IMG/VR virus record: IMGVR_UViG_3300030376_005278
Span: 1 to 39,147 of that record
Length of the DNA stretch: 39,147 bases
Strand: one strand, 5' to 3'
Source of the DNA: a virus
Lineage: Duplodnaviria > Caudoviricetes
Made by a program: the position numbers and the translations under genes. Under the pieces are notes generated by a model. The model saw only the letters and a program-made list of their open reading frames with translations. It was not told the origin of the DNA and made no database searches. Positions 24,225-33,889 of this stretch are shown here, piece by piece (the stretch's first letter is position 1; each line of letters starts with the position of its first letter).

Positions 24225-26304
24225 CAAATTAGCAAGGGCAGCGGACACACCCGATGTGCGAGAACTAGCGGCAGAATATAGCCGCAGTCTCCACGATGGA
24301 GAATCGCTAGATAAAGTTTCCGACGTGGATAATGTTAGATACACCCGTTGGGAAGGACAAACAACTGATGGACGAAAGCACAGCGCAGACTTACCAGATG
24401 GAAAAGAAGCATTTCCGTGGGAAGGCGCGAGTGACACAAGAATCCCGTTAGCAGATCAAATTATAAACGATGCAGTAGATGTACTTACCACTTCGTTTAG
24501 TCGGGCTACTTTAAAAGTAGGAGGAACTGAAATAGGAGATGTTGATTCCGCTGGAGTTGCAAACAACATGATGCGCTGGCAAAGAGACACTAAAATGTAC
24601 CACACCTTAGATCGAGAATCTGAATTGTTAGCACAATACGGCCAGCAATATGGATGGTCGTGTTTATTTGTAGGATGGGAACAAAAAAGCGCGATTAAAA
24701 ATCGTAAGATTACAATGCAAGAAGTTGCTGCAATAGCTCAACAATCTGAAGGAGAACTAGCCACGTTAGTAGAAATGGTACTTGATCCAGCGCAAGAAAC
24801 AGATGTTGCTGAGATATTGCAAGAACAGGCTCCCGGCCTTGGAAAACGCAAAGCTAAAAAAGCAGTGCGTGAACTGCGCGAAACTGGAGAAACTAAAATA
24901 CCACAAGCATACTTAGCAACTAACCAACCTACTATTGTTGCGCTAAAGCCTTGGGAAGAAATTAGCATTCCACCAGAAACAACAGACCTACAATCAGCAA
25001 GAGTTATTTTTCGTCGAGTGTTTATGACTGAAGTAGAGCTAAGAGCTAAAGTTGTAGATGAAGAATGGAACGAAGATTGGGTAGAAGCCGCAGTAAAAAC
25101 TGCTGGACGATCTACAGAGTTTCACGATTTCAGTCAACAAATCTCAGACATGACTTCTAGCCATGTAGACAGACAAGATAATCTAATCGAAGTAGTATAT
25201 GCGTACTCTCGTCAATTAGATGAAAACGACATACCGGGTATTTATTACACTATCTTTAGTCCAATGGCTCAAACTGGAGATGGCGGAACAGATATTCACG
25301 CAAAACACGAACTACTAGACTATATGCACTGTCGGTATCCATTTGTAGAATACCGAAGAGAAAGACTAAAACGTCGTATTACAGAAAGTCGTGGAGTTCC
25401 AGAAATTTGTAGAACGTGGCAAGATGAAATAAAAACTCAACGTGATGCAGTTTACGATTCAACAAGTTTTGAAACACTTCCACCAATAATGGTAAACAAA
25501 CGACTTGGGCTTGCAAACAAAGTCGGCCCCGCGGTTCAACTCCCAGTTATGAAATCTGGAGATTATGAGTTTATGCGCCCGCCAGCGAGACAACCGTCTA
25601 CTGCGTTTAATCTTATCGAAACTGTAGAGCGTCAAGCTGATGAATATTTTGGTCGCGCTAATGCGGGAGTGCCGCCAGTGCAAACGCAACTTAAACAACA
25701 ACGTATGGTCAATAATTGGTTAACGGTGTGGACAGAAGCATACCAACAAATGTTTCAATTGAGTTTGCAATACCTTTCACCAGAAGAAATTTCTCGCATT
25801 ACTGGAACTGAGATAACTCCAGAATCGGATATGTATCAGTTTGATTTCATATTAAAGTTTGACGTTAGAGAAATGGACACAGATTACGTTAAAGAGAAGC
25901 TTTCTTCTATAGCACAATTTGTAGTGCCGCAAGATGTGAGTGGAGTTTTGGATCGAAGCAAACTAATCACAATGATCACTAGAGCAATTAGCCCAGACAT
26001 TGCAGAAGAACTTGTCATAGACCAAGCCCCAGCTTCACAAAAAATGTACGATGACGTTAAAAGTCAAGTTGGTCAAATGATGCTAGGACTGGAAGCAAAC
26101 TACACTGAAAACGATCCAGCCGCACAAACAAAACTGCAATATCTACAAGAGATAATGGGTCGAAATCCAAAAGCGCAATCTGCACTGGAAGGAGACGAAT
26201 TATTTGGGCAACTTGTAGAAGCATATACTAAGAATCTTCAAATGTCCTTGATGCAGCAACAAAATGCTCAAATAGGACGTGTAGGAGTTAGTCAAGTTAC
26301 ATGA
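24211..26304 (+). CDS. Portal protein
   Basis: 697 aa between terL and scaffold/MCP; FPWEGASD and ESRGVPE motifs; Gln-rich C-terminus; SD AAGGAG upstream. Confidence 0.8.
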   Translation: METIDKLARAADTPDVRELAAEYSRSLHDGESLDKVSDVDNVRYTRWEGQTTDGRKHSADLPDGKEAFPWEGASDTRIPLADQIINDAVDVLTTSFSRATLKVGGTEIGDVDSAGVANNMMRWQRDTKMYHTLDRESELLAQYGQQYGWSCLFVGWEQKSAIKNRKITMQEVAAIAQQSEGELATLVEMVLDPAQETDVAEILQEQAPGLGKRKAKKAVRELRETGETKIPQAYLATNQPTIVALKPWEEISIPPETTDLQSARVIFRRVFMTEVELRAKVVDEEWNEDWVEAAVKTAGRSTEFHDFSQQISDMTSSHVDRQDNLIEVVYAYSRQLDENDIPGIYYTIFSPMAQTGDGGTDIHAKHELLDYMHCRYPFVEYRRERLKRRITESRGVPEICRTWQDEIKTQRDAVYDSTSFETLPPIMVNKRLGLANKVGPAVQLPVMKSGDYEFMRPPARQPSTAFNLIETVERQADEYFGRANAGVPPVQTQLKQQRMVNNWLTVWTEAYQQMFQLSLQYLSPEEISRITGTEITPESDMYQFDFILKFDVREMDTDYVKEKLSSIAQFVVPQDVSGVLDRSKLITMITRAISPDIAEELVIDQAPASQKMYDDVKSQVGQMMLGLEANYTENDPAAQTKLQYLQEIMGRNPKAQSALEGDELFGQLVEAYTKNLQMSLMQQQNAQIGRVGVSQVT

Positions 26305-26525
26305 ACCAAAACCTAACAGCTTTCCAATGGCAGGGAGAAAATCCACTATGGAACGCTATACTGGATAACCTAGATGCGTCTATTGACGTAGAACTAGTAA
26401 CTGCCGTCAGTCCAGAAACGCAAGGCGAATCTCGCGTACATCAAGCGGGGCGAGCCGACGCACTTCTGGATTTTAAGAATCACTTGGTTGAGTTAAGGGA
26501 AGCGGCGATGCTGAAACTTAATTAA
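26301..26525 (+). CDS. Small protein downstream of the portal
   Basis: ATGA overlap; R..QAGR..AL motif typical of this position in podoviruses. Confidence 0.65.
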   Translation: MNQNLTAFQWQGENPLWNAILDNLDASIDVELVTAVSPETQGESRVHQAGRADALLDFKNHLVELREAAMLKLN

Positions 26526-26550
26526 GGGAAATAGTGTGAACTCATAGTTA

Positions 26551-26585
26551 GCCGTCCATCTTGTAGTGAGGTGGGCGGTTTTTTT
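26551..26585 (+). terminator. Rho-independent terminator
   Basis: GCCGTCCATCTT-gtagt-GAGGTGGGCGG followed by T7. Confidence 0.8.
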
Positions 26586-26590
26586 AAAAT

Positions 26591-26628
26591 CCCATCCAAA
26601 CTTATCCAAACCTTCCCAAACTAACCCT
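26591..26628 (+). repeat. 10-bp-period direct repeat array
   Basis: CCCATCCAAA CTTATCCAAA CCTTCCCAAA CTAACCCT. Confidence 0.7.
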
Positions 26629-26644
26629 ACAACGTAAAAACATT

Positions 26645-26673
26645 TTGCAAAAACACGCTTTCGTTCGTATAGA
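26645..26673 (+). promoter_or_regulatory. Candidate late promoter for the capsid/tail operon
   Basis: TTGCAA, 17-nt spacer, TATAGA; between the terminator/repeats and the scaffold gene. Confidence 0.45.
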
Positions 26674-26741
26674 ACAGTGCAAAGGTTTTCTGCGTATACC
26701 TATAAACGCTGCCAGCCAAACTTGCGGGCTACATAATCAGC

Positions 26742-27797
26742 ATGAGCGATAAGGGAATCGAAGCCGTCAGTGATGCGGCACAAACGGAAGTCACAACAAA
26801 TATCGGTGAAGCGTTAAATACCGATGGATTAGCCGCCCAACTGGAAATGCTGTTGGACGACAAAAAGGATACTGCTCCTTCCTCAGATGAGGAGAAAGCG
26901 GAAAGCGAATTGCCTCCCGATGAAGGTGAGTCGAGTGACTTGCCAGAGGATGAGGTAACTGCTGAAGAAGAAGCTCTTTCTCAGAACGAAGAAGAAACTG
27001 CGGAAGCTGAACCGGCTTTAGAAGCAGAAGAATCGTCTGAAACAGACAAAGCCAATAAGGGTTTGTTTAAACGGATTGATAAACTTACTGCAAAAAGGCG
27101 AGAAGCTGAAGGCAAGGTTGACGAACTGGAGTCCGAAATTCGGAATTTACGCTCTGAACTCGACGCTAAAGAAGAGTTACCTTCGTTACCACCTATGGAT
27201 GGAAATCCATACGGTCATTTAAAAACACCTAAAGAGGTTGAACGGGAAATGGATCAAGCCGAAGAAGTGCTTGAGTGGTGCGAAGATAATGTTGATGGCG
27301 CAATAGTGAAAAACACTAAAGGAGAAGAAGTTGAGTACAGTGCGGAAGAAATACGGGGCATAAAGAAAAATGCTCGAAGATCATTAAAAAAACATCTTCC
27401 GAACCGATTAGATTACTTAAAAGAAGAATCCTCAGTAGCCGATCAAGTGGAGCAAGTTTTTCCATATTGGAAAGACCGCGCTTCTGAAGGGTATCAAGAG
27501 GCAATGGAAATCCTTCGTAATCGTCCAGATATTAGAAACCATCCAACGTGGAAAGCTGATGTAAGTATATTTCAATTAGGCTTACAAGCGTACCGTGAAA
27601 TGGTTGACAACCCGCCACAAAAAGCAGCAGCGAAAAAGGAAGTTAAGAAAGCTCCCGAACAACCCGCTGCACCCGCCGCTGCACCAGCAACAACTGGAGC
27701 GACTAAGGCCCGTTCAGTTTCCGCAAGAAAGAACTTTAGTTCTGATAAAAGCGTGAATTCTTTAGCTAGTGTTTTAGAATCAGACTATATTAAATAG
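26742..27797 (+). CDS. Capsid scaffolding protein
   Basis: Very acidic N-terminus, KRIDKLTAKRREAE coiled coil, Ala/Pro tail; directly upstream of the MCP. Confidence 0.8.
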   Translation: MSDKGIEAVSDAAQTEVTTNIGEALNTDGLAAQLEMLLDDKKDTAPSSDEEKAESELPPDEGESSDLPEDEVTAEEEALSQNEEETAEAEPALEAEESSETDKANKGLFKRIDKLTAKRREAEGKVDELESEIRNLRSELDAKEELPSLPPMDGNPYGHLKTPKEVEREMDQAEEVLEWCEDNVDGAIVKNTKGEEVEYSAEEIRGIKKNARRSLKKHLPNRLDYLKEESSVADQVEQVFPYWKDRASEGYQEAMEILRNRPDIRNHPTWKADVSIFQLGLQAYREMVDNPPQKAAAKKEVKKAPEQPAAPAAAPATTGATKARSVSARKNFSSDKSVNSLASVLESDYIK

Positions 27798-27819
27798 TCT
27801 ATATAGGAAATAATTACAA

Positions 27820-28923
27820 ATGGCACTTCTTTTAGAAAAAGGATATAATTCCGTCCAATCGGGCGGACGTGAGGACTTGTCAGACCTTATTGCGAATGTC
27901 GATGCAAAATCCACTGTTTTCACCAGTATGGCGAAAAAAGGGAAAAAACCCGGCAATGCTTTAATGTCTTGGCAGATGGATAGCTACGAAAGCCCCAGCG
28001 TAACTGGTTACGTTGATGGCACAGACGTAAGCATGGTAGAAGGCGGAAGCGGAGTTGGCCAAGGCGAATCCGCTTCTCCTAAAAACGCTTTGTTTGTTAA
28101 CCCGGCTAAAAACCGTGTTTTAGCAAATAATTACGTTCAAATGTTTAGGCGCACTTTCCGCATTTCGAGTCTAGCAAACGAAATTCAAGTCGTTGCTGGA
28201 GTAAAATCGGAACTTGCAAACGGCATTGCTAAAAAACTAGTGGAACTCAAGCGAGACATGGAGCTTACTTTCTTAAATGACGGTGACGCTCAAGTTGACG
28301 CTGGAGGCACAACTCCATATTTGACTAAAGCAATGGGTTCATTTTTGGACGCTGATGGTCAAACTGGAAACTCTTGTGCAGCTAGAGTAGATAGTGACTT
28401 TTACACTACTGCAATAAACAGCACTGCCTCGGCAAGTGTATCTGAAGCAGACGTTCAAAATATGCTAAAAACTCTTTTTGAGGTCACAGGAACTATCCGT
28501 GATTACGATTTAGTTTTAGGCACAAGCTTGAAAAGAACTTTTACTGGTTTTACTCAAAGCATTACTAATGCTGTTCGCGGAGCAGATGACGCTAATCAAC
28601 TTGCGGGTTCTTCAGCATCTATAATCAAAACGTTTAATCAAGATGCAAGTTCAAGGTCTTACATCAATGCGATTGATTTGTTTGAAGGAGACTTTGGTCG
28701 AATTCGGTTACACCCTAGCACACACGTTGCGAAGGCTGGCAGCGCGGTTAATTATCGCGGATACCTTATTCCTTTTGATCAAGTGGAAATTCGCTACGGT
28801 AAATTACCACAGATTAAAGAATTAACTGATAACGGCGGCGGCCCAGCTAGATTAATAGAAGCAGTTGCCGCACTTGTAGTAGAAAATCCTACCGGATTTG
28901 GATTTTTTAACGCTACATCTTAA
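27820..28923 (+). CDS. Major capsid protein (SU10/DUF5309-like)
   Basis: REDLSDLI, WQMD, NYVQMFRRTF, ELKRDME and FEGDFG motifs; 367 aa. Confidence 0.88.
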   Translation: MALLLEKGYNSVQSGGREDLSDLIANVDAKSTVFTSMAKKGKKPGNALMSWQMDSYESPSVTGYVDGTDVSMVEGGSGVGQGESASPKNALFVNPAKNRVLANNYVQMFRRTFRISSLANEIQVVAGVKSELANGIAKKLVELKRDMELTFLNDGDAQVDAGGTTPYLTKAMGSFLDADGQTGNSCAARVDSDFYTTAINSTASASVSEADVQNMLKTLFEVTGTIRDYDLVLGTSLKRTFTGFTQSITNAVRGADDANQLAGSSASIIKTFNQDASSRSYINAIDLFEGDFGRIRLHPSTHVAKAGSAVNYRGYLIPFDQVEIRYGKLPQIKELTDNGGGPARLIEAVAALVVENPTGFGFFNATS

Positions 28924-28929
28924 TTAACA

Positions 28930-29349
28930 ATGTACGCTCCAGAAGGATTAAGTGATGAGATGGCTTCCCTTGTGGGGCAAGCACTTCAGAGACAGTTGGC
29001 TCGCGAGTATCAAAGCTCGCGGGTCAACCAATCTGGAGGATTAGCTAAAGCTGGAAAAACTGAAGCTTACACTACTTCTATTGGACAGCATAAAGCTAGA
29101 ATAGAACCTACGTCATACCACTATTGGGGCAAACGCCTTGGGTATGATTGCTGGAGTGATCGTAAATTCATTAAAGAATATCTACGAGACAACCCAGAAA
29201 GTAGGATCAAAAGTAAAGGAAGTAAAAAAGCTCAAGCTGGATACGGTGGAAAAAAACCACACGGTTACTACGACACTCCAGTTGGACGAGTTACTTTTCG
29301 CAAAGTGTATGGATCAAATCCCCGTGTTGAGGTAGATGCGAACGCTTAA
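28930..29349 (+). CDS. Hypothetical protein downstream of the MCP
   Basis: Packed ORF; W.D..F.....RDNPE motif. Confidence 0.65.
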   Translation: MYAPEGLSDEMASLVGQALQRQLAREYQSSRVNQSGGLAKAGKTEAYTTSIGQHKARIEPTSYHYWGKRLGYDCWSDRKFIKEYLRDNPESRIKSKGSKKAQAGYGGKKPHGYYDTPVGRVTFRKVYGSNPRVEVDANA

Positions 29350-30046
29350 ATTTAGCTCTGTTTTATATGGTGTAGCGCAACTCGCTGGACTAGATAGAGA
29401 CAATCTGCCAACGCATTTCTTTAAACAAGTGCGAGATTTGGCAAACCAAAGACTTTCAGTAGCATGGGAATCGGAGCGTTGGCCCGATTTAGTTCGCGTT
29501 TCAAGCGCAACTGTTACTACTGCAAACGACATCAACACGGCTCCGTACCCAACCACTGCGGGAATAATTTTGCAGGTTTATCAAAAAGACCCTAGAAGTA
29601 CAACAAATGCTGTGCCGGTTTCTTATTCTTTGTACGACACTGGAACCGCACAACAAATTGTTTTACAAGAGTCTTCTACTCCTGTGTATGTGGAATATTC
29701 TATTACCCGACCCAACCTAATAGGCAACACTTACAATGCAAACACTGATTACGCAGTTGATGATCAAGTGTACTACTCTACCACTGGCCAATTTTACGAC
29801 ATGATCGTAAATGCCGGGGCTGGAACAGTGCCAACGACTACAAACAACTGGGCAGTTACAAGTATCCCTAAGATATTTGAAAACTATTTAATCCGTGGAA
29901 TCTATGCAGACTATCTTCGGGCCAACGGCCAGATCGAGATTGCATCTTTAGAAGATAGAACTGCGGAAGCATTTTTAACTGTGGAAGCCGATAAAGTGTA
30001 TAGACAACAAGGACAAGTTAAAAAAATAAACTTCGTAGGTTATTGA
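29336..30046 (+). CDS. Head-tail adaptor (tail tubular protein A-like) with CBM5/12-like insert
   Basis: Position; AWE..RWPD motif; insert YNANTDYAVDDQVYY...P..TNNW. Confidence 0.6.
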   Translation: MRTLKFSSVLYGVAQLAGLDRDNLPTHFFKQVRDLANQRLSVAWESERWPDLVRVSSATVTTANDINTAPYPTTAGIILQVYQKDPRSTTNAVPVSYSLYDTGTAQQIVLQESSTPVYVEYSITRPNLIGNTYNANTDYAVDDQVYYSTTGQFYDMIVNAGAGTVPTTTNNWAVTSIPKIFENYLIRGIYADYLRANGQIEIASLEDRTAEAFLTVEADKVYRQQGQVKKINFVGY

Positions 30047-30053
30047 TTTGGTT

Positions 30054-30242
30054 ATGGATAAATCCAAAATAAAAGAAGCACTAGATATACTGTTCGTTGC
30101 CTCCGGTAACGCTCAGTTGAACCGACAACAACACGAAGTTGTCACAAACGCAGCCCGTGTAATTATGAAAGAATGCGGACTGGAAGAACAACCTAATGGT
30201 AGTCAAGAAGTTCTTGAACCAGAGGTAGTGAAAGACGAATAA
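30054..30242 (+). CDS. Hypothetical protein
   Basis: ATG at 30054; TAATG overlap with the next gene. Confidence 0.6.
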   Translation: MDKSKIKEALDILFVASGNAQLNRQQHEVVTNAARVIMKECGLEEQPNGSQEVLEPEVVKDE

Positions 30243-30529
30243 TGACAAATAATGTAAGAATTACATCAACTAAAGTTGGTACAAATTCCGCAACAAATGT
30301 AGCTGCAACTAGCGCAGTTACAATTGCAGCTAATCCAGATCGTAAGAAAATAATCATACGAAACAACGATGGATCTGCGGAACTTAAAATATTATACGGA
30401 GGAGCGACAGCAACTACTAATAATTATCACGACACAATTGCTGTTCAAAAAACTTTAGAACTAGACAATTACGTTGGCAGCATTTCTATTATTGGAAATA
30501 ATGGTCTGCGATATGTTGAGTTTGTGTAA
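30242..30529 (+). CDS. Small beta-rich putative virion protein
   Basis: AANPDRKKIIIRNN motif; Thr/Asn-rich. Confidence 0.55.
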   Translation: MTNNVRITSTKVGTNSATNVAATSAVTIAANPDRKKIIIRNNDGSAELKILYGGATATTNNYHDTIAVQKTLELDNYVGSISIIGNNGLRYVEFV

Positions 30530-30530
30530 T

Positions 30531-30695
30531 ATGAACGCAGTGACACTGGACGACATTAAAGTATGCTTGGCCAGTGTAACTGGACTTGGAAACTGGATGG
30601 TAGACATAGACTTACTTTTAAAGTTAGCAATTAGTTTAGCATCCTTAGTGTATATATTATTAAAAATAAAAAAGTTAATAAACGATTCAAAATAA
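30531..30695 (+). CDS. Small membrane protein (holin/antiholin candidate)
   Basis: ATG at 30531; hydrophobic span LLLKLAISLASLVYILL then a basic tail. Confidence 0.55.
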   Translation: MNAVTLDDIKVCLASVTGLGNWMVDIDLLLKLAISLASLVYILLKIKKLINDSK

Positions 30696-30862
30696 TGTTA
30701 AAATCAAAAACATTCTGGACTGGAGTCACCGGAGTAATTGGCGCGTTAGCCGGATACTTAACTGGTGAACTTGAAATAGGTGCGGCAATAAATGTAGGGA
30801 TTACTTCAGTCCTTGCTATTTTTGTTCGACACGGAATTAAAACTGAAACCGGGAACGGTTAA
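30695..30862 (+). CDS. Holin (55 aa, two TM segments)
   Basis: Not in the ORF track. MLKSKTFWTGVTGVIGALAGYLTGELEIGAAINVGITSVLAIFVRHGIK; TAATG overlaps on both sides. Confidence 0.7.
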   Translation: MLKSKTFWTGVTGVIGALAGYLTGELEIGAAINVGITSVLAIFVRHGIKTETGNG

Positions 30863-31131
30863 TGGGTTTAATCAGCGCATTGGTCGCGTTGCTCAAGGCC
30901 GTTCCCTCGTTGGAGCGGCTTTTTTTGCAAATATCAGATGCAGTGCGAGAAGCTAACGCTAAAAAACGATATGACGCAAAAGTTGATCGGATTGACGCTC
31001 TTGTTGATGGTGTGCGGGTGCAACACACCACAATTGAGCAACGTGGATCGTCTGACGAAAATGAAGGGGTTCAAGAAAGCAGCATACGCCAGCCCCGATT
31101 GGACGAAGGAAGTGCTAAAGACAGTAGCTAA
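30862..31131 (+). CDS. Rz-like inner-membrane spanin
   Basis: N-terminal hydrophobic anchor, helical remainder; overlapped by a lipoprotein ORF. Confidence 0.55.
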   Translation: MGLISALVALLKAVPSLERLFLQISDAVREANAKKRYDAKVDRIDALVDGVRVQHTTIEQRGSSDENEGVQESSIRQPRLDEGSAKDSS

Positions 31132-31159
31132 ATTAGAATACGAGATAGAAAAAAAGTAA
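30971..31159 (+). CDS. Rz1-like outer-membrane lipoprotein spanin
   Basis: MTQKLIGLTLLLMVCG-C lipobox; +1 frame overlap with the Rz-like gene. Confidence 0.65.
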   Translation: MTQKLIGLTLLLMVCGCNTPQLSNVDRLTKMKGFKKAAYASPDWTKEVLKTVAKLEYEIEKK

Positions 31160-33889
31160 ATGCCAACTCCCGACCCAATAATTGATGGAGATGCCAGTTT
31201 TGCTGGAATCAATATGCGTGTTGATCCCGGCCAACTACCACCGGGGTTTTGTGCGTTTGCTAAAAATAAAAGATTTGTAAATGGAAAAGCTGCAACTAGA
31301 CCCGGTATTAAAAAAATGCCGTGGACAAATAAAGCGGCAGACGCTTGGACAAACGATAATAATAAAAGTTACGCAATTGGAGACATCGTTACTTACAGTG
31401 GTGTTGCCGCTGCTGTTAGTGCCACAACACTAGCTGGAATTTCCACAGGAACTTTAGAGTTACAAAATGCAAACTCACTTAATTTACAAAACGGTACTTT
31501 TGTATCTAACGCGCATTGGGTATTTACTGGAGCTACTGTAGTTGCTGCTCAAGTAGGAAACAATGGACAAACCTACAATAGTAATAGTCCTTTCAGCATA
31601 TACTCTTTATCTACAGCACTTTCATCTGGCGACACTATAACTTTTCAATACGGAGGAGTTTTTACGTTAAGTGCAAATGCAAGTGTTGGAGCTACTTCGC
31701 TTCAAGGCACTATTTCAGTAGCTAATGTTGCTTTTCAAGAAGAAGCATCTATTAACTCTGGTTGGGTTTATAATTCAAACGGTTACGCTGAAATGACCAG
31801 CGGGACAGGATTACTTAACTTATATCAAGACATAGGGACTCTTGTAGGTTGTTCGTATGTAGTAACATACTCTATTTCAAACTGGACGGCTGGATCAATC
31901 CAACCTTTCATTAGTGGCAGCAATTCTGGAACAAAAAGAACTTTTTCAAGCAGTGCAACTGGAACTTTTACAGACACAATTACACCTAAAGGATTAAAAC
32001 CAGAACGACTTTACATACAAGCTAGTGGAGGTTTTAGAGGTCGCATAGACAATGTAACAGTTACTACATTAAGTCTTCCAGATAAAGTAGACTTACTTGG
32101 AACCTACGAACAATACACTGATTTTTTTAGAGCGGCGGGGCCAGCAAGCAATAGTACAATTGGGCCATACTTTAAATCTAAAACAAATTCTAACACAAAC
32201 AACCCGCCAATAACCACATACACTCCAGTTAATGGCAACACTCCAGCTTCAAGCACATTAGACAGCACAAACTGGGAAGATTTAGGTCAACGCACTTACG
32301 GATACGGAACAGTTTACGGAGTAGGAGTATTTCGTGACCCATCTGGAGTAGAAAATTTATTAATAGCAACGGCTGAAGGAGTGTACGCAACTAAAGAATC
32401 TAGCACGTCTGTATTATTGCCGGGAATAACAAGCATTACTACTGAGGTAGAATTTGTGCAATGCTTTAACGTAGTTGTCATGTTCCGTGGAGAAACTTTA
32501 CCACCAATGGTAATGGAACAGATTGGAGAAGGTTTTAAGTCTATAACGACAGAAGCAACCGACACTACAGTAGATGAAAACGATTCAGACGGAACTGAAG
32601 AAATCCCAAACGCATCTACTGGATTGTTTTTTTCAAACAGATTGTTAATTCCACATTCTAAAGATTTAGTTGCGGCATCTGATTTTCTTAACTACACCCG
32701 GTATCAACCAGTGTTGTCTAATTTCCGAATTAATCAAGGGAGTGAAGACGATTTAGTTTCTTTAGTTAGAGTAAACAGTTCTACTATTGCCTGTTTTAAA
32801 ACTGATAGTATTTATGTTGTGTCAAATATCTATGGCGATATGTCTGACATCACTTTAGATGAAATCACACAAGAATATGGAGCCGTTGGTCAAAGATCAA
32901 TCGTTCAAGTTGGAGATGACGTTGTGTTTTTATCCAGCAAACGTGGAGTAACTAGTTTAGGAATTGCAAGCAGTGGTCAAATTTCTGCGGTAGATGTTCC
33001 ACTATCTGAACCAATCCAACCACTTATAGATCGCATCAATTGGAACTACGCAAAAAACGCAGTTGCCGCATATCACAATAATCGTTTATACATGGCAGTG
33101 CCTTTAGACGGTTCAAACTATAACAATGTGGTTTTAGTTTACGATTATTTTACAAAAGCATGGGCCGGGTACGACTCAGGAGAAGCCATTAAAGTTAAAC
33201 GTTTTATTGAAGCAACATATCAAGGCAAACGACGTTTATTTTTCTTGTCTACTGACGGTTTTATCAATTTGTACGACGATGATTTAGCACAATGTGGTTT
33301 CGTCGATGAACGACCTACCTCAACAAACGCTAGTGACGCTAACTTTGGAAAGCTAACCATTGATCAAGTCAGTGACGAAATTACTACCCGTGGATATACC
33401 GCAAACGACATTAGCCCTAAAAAATGGAAAAGCGCAGAAGTTCAGTTAGAAACAAACAATCCTAACTTTACCGTAAAAACTGTTTTTGACGGGCCAGAAG
33501 AAGATGACTTAACGCTTACTGTTGGAGCAGATGGAAATCCCGGCAGTAAAACTTTTTCTCGTACAAAATACGACAGACCATTTGACAAAGCAGACTTTGT
33601 AGAGTCTATGGCAAACAACGATTTTTTTACTAAATTTAGACAAGACTACTCTGTAGATTTGAACACTAACATCCAACTTCCAGATGCGACAGTTGCAAAT
33701 GGAGTTACTACTTATAATGATGCAGGGTTTGATCCAGATTTACATCAACAATCTACTAACCGATACAGATTTAGAGGCAGTGGTAGATACGTTCAATTAA
33801 ACATAACAAACATAAGTGGGCGGGCTGAATTAGTCGGCGCAAAAGTTGGGGCAACTCCCGGCGAAAATTTAACAACAAAACTAGTATGA
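31160..33889 (+). CDS. Tail nozzle (tubular protein B-like) with inserted carbohydrate-binding-like domains
   Basis: 909 aa; N-terminal FAGIN...N.RF..G...TRPG; propeller-like repeats (VVFLSSKRGV, NRLYMAVP); C-terminal GRYVQLNI. Confidence 0.75.
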   Translation: MPTPDPIIDGDASFAGINMRVDPGQLPPGFCAFAKNKRFVNGKAATRPGIKKMPWTNKAADAWTNDNNKSYAIGDIVTYSGVAAAVSATTLAGISTGTLELQNANSLNLQNGTFVSNAHWVFTGATVVAAQVGNNGQTYNSNSPFSIYSLSTALSSGDTITFQYGGVFTLSANASVGATSLQGTISVANVAFQEEASINSGWVYNSNGYAEMTSGTGLLNLYQDIGTLVGCSYVVTYSISNWTAGSIQPFISGSNSGTKRTFSSSATGTFTDTITPKGLKPERLYIQASGGFRGRIDNVTVTTLSLPDKVDLLGTYEQYTDFFRAAGPASNSTIGPYFKSKTNSNTNNPPITTYTPVNGNTPASSTLDSTNWEDLGQRTYGYGTVYGVGVFRDPSGVENLLIATAEGVYATKESSTSVLLPGITSITTEVEFVQCFNVVVMFRGETLPPMVMEQIGEGFKSITTEATDTTVDENDSDGTEEIPNASTGLFFSNRLLIPHSKDLVAASDFLNYTRYQPVLSNFRINQGSEDDLVSLVRVNSSTIACFKTDSIYVVSNIYGDMSDITLDEITQEYGAVGQRSIVQVGDDVVFLSSKRGVTSLGIASSGQISAVDVPLSEPIQPLIDRINWNYAKNAVAAYHNNRLYMAVPLDGSNYNNVVLVYDYFTKAWAGYDSGEAIKVKRFIEATYQGKRRLFFLSTDGFINLYDDDLAQCGFVDERPTSTNASDANFGKLTIDQVSDEITTRGYTANDISPKKWKSAEVQLETNNPNFTVKTVFDGPEEDDLTLTVGADGNPGSKTFSRTKYDRPFDKADFVESMANNDFFTKFRQDYSVDLNTNIQLPDATVANGVTTYNDAGFDPDLHQQSTNRYRFRGSGRYVQLNITNISGRAELVGAKVGATPGENLTTKLV

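Noticed and set aside
26591-26628. CRISPR-like or telomere-like array
   Set aside because: Units are 10 bp, degenerate and have no spacers; better explained as protein-binding repeats.
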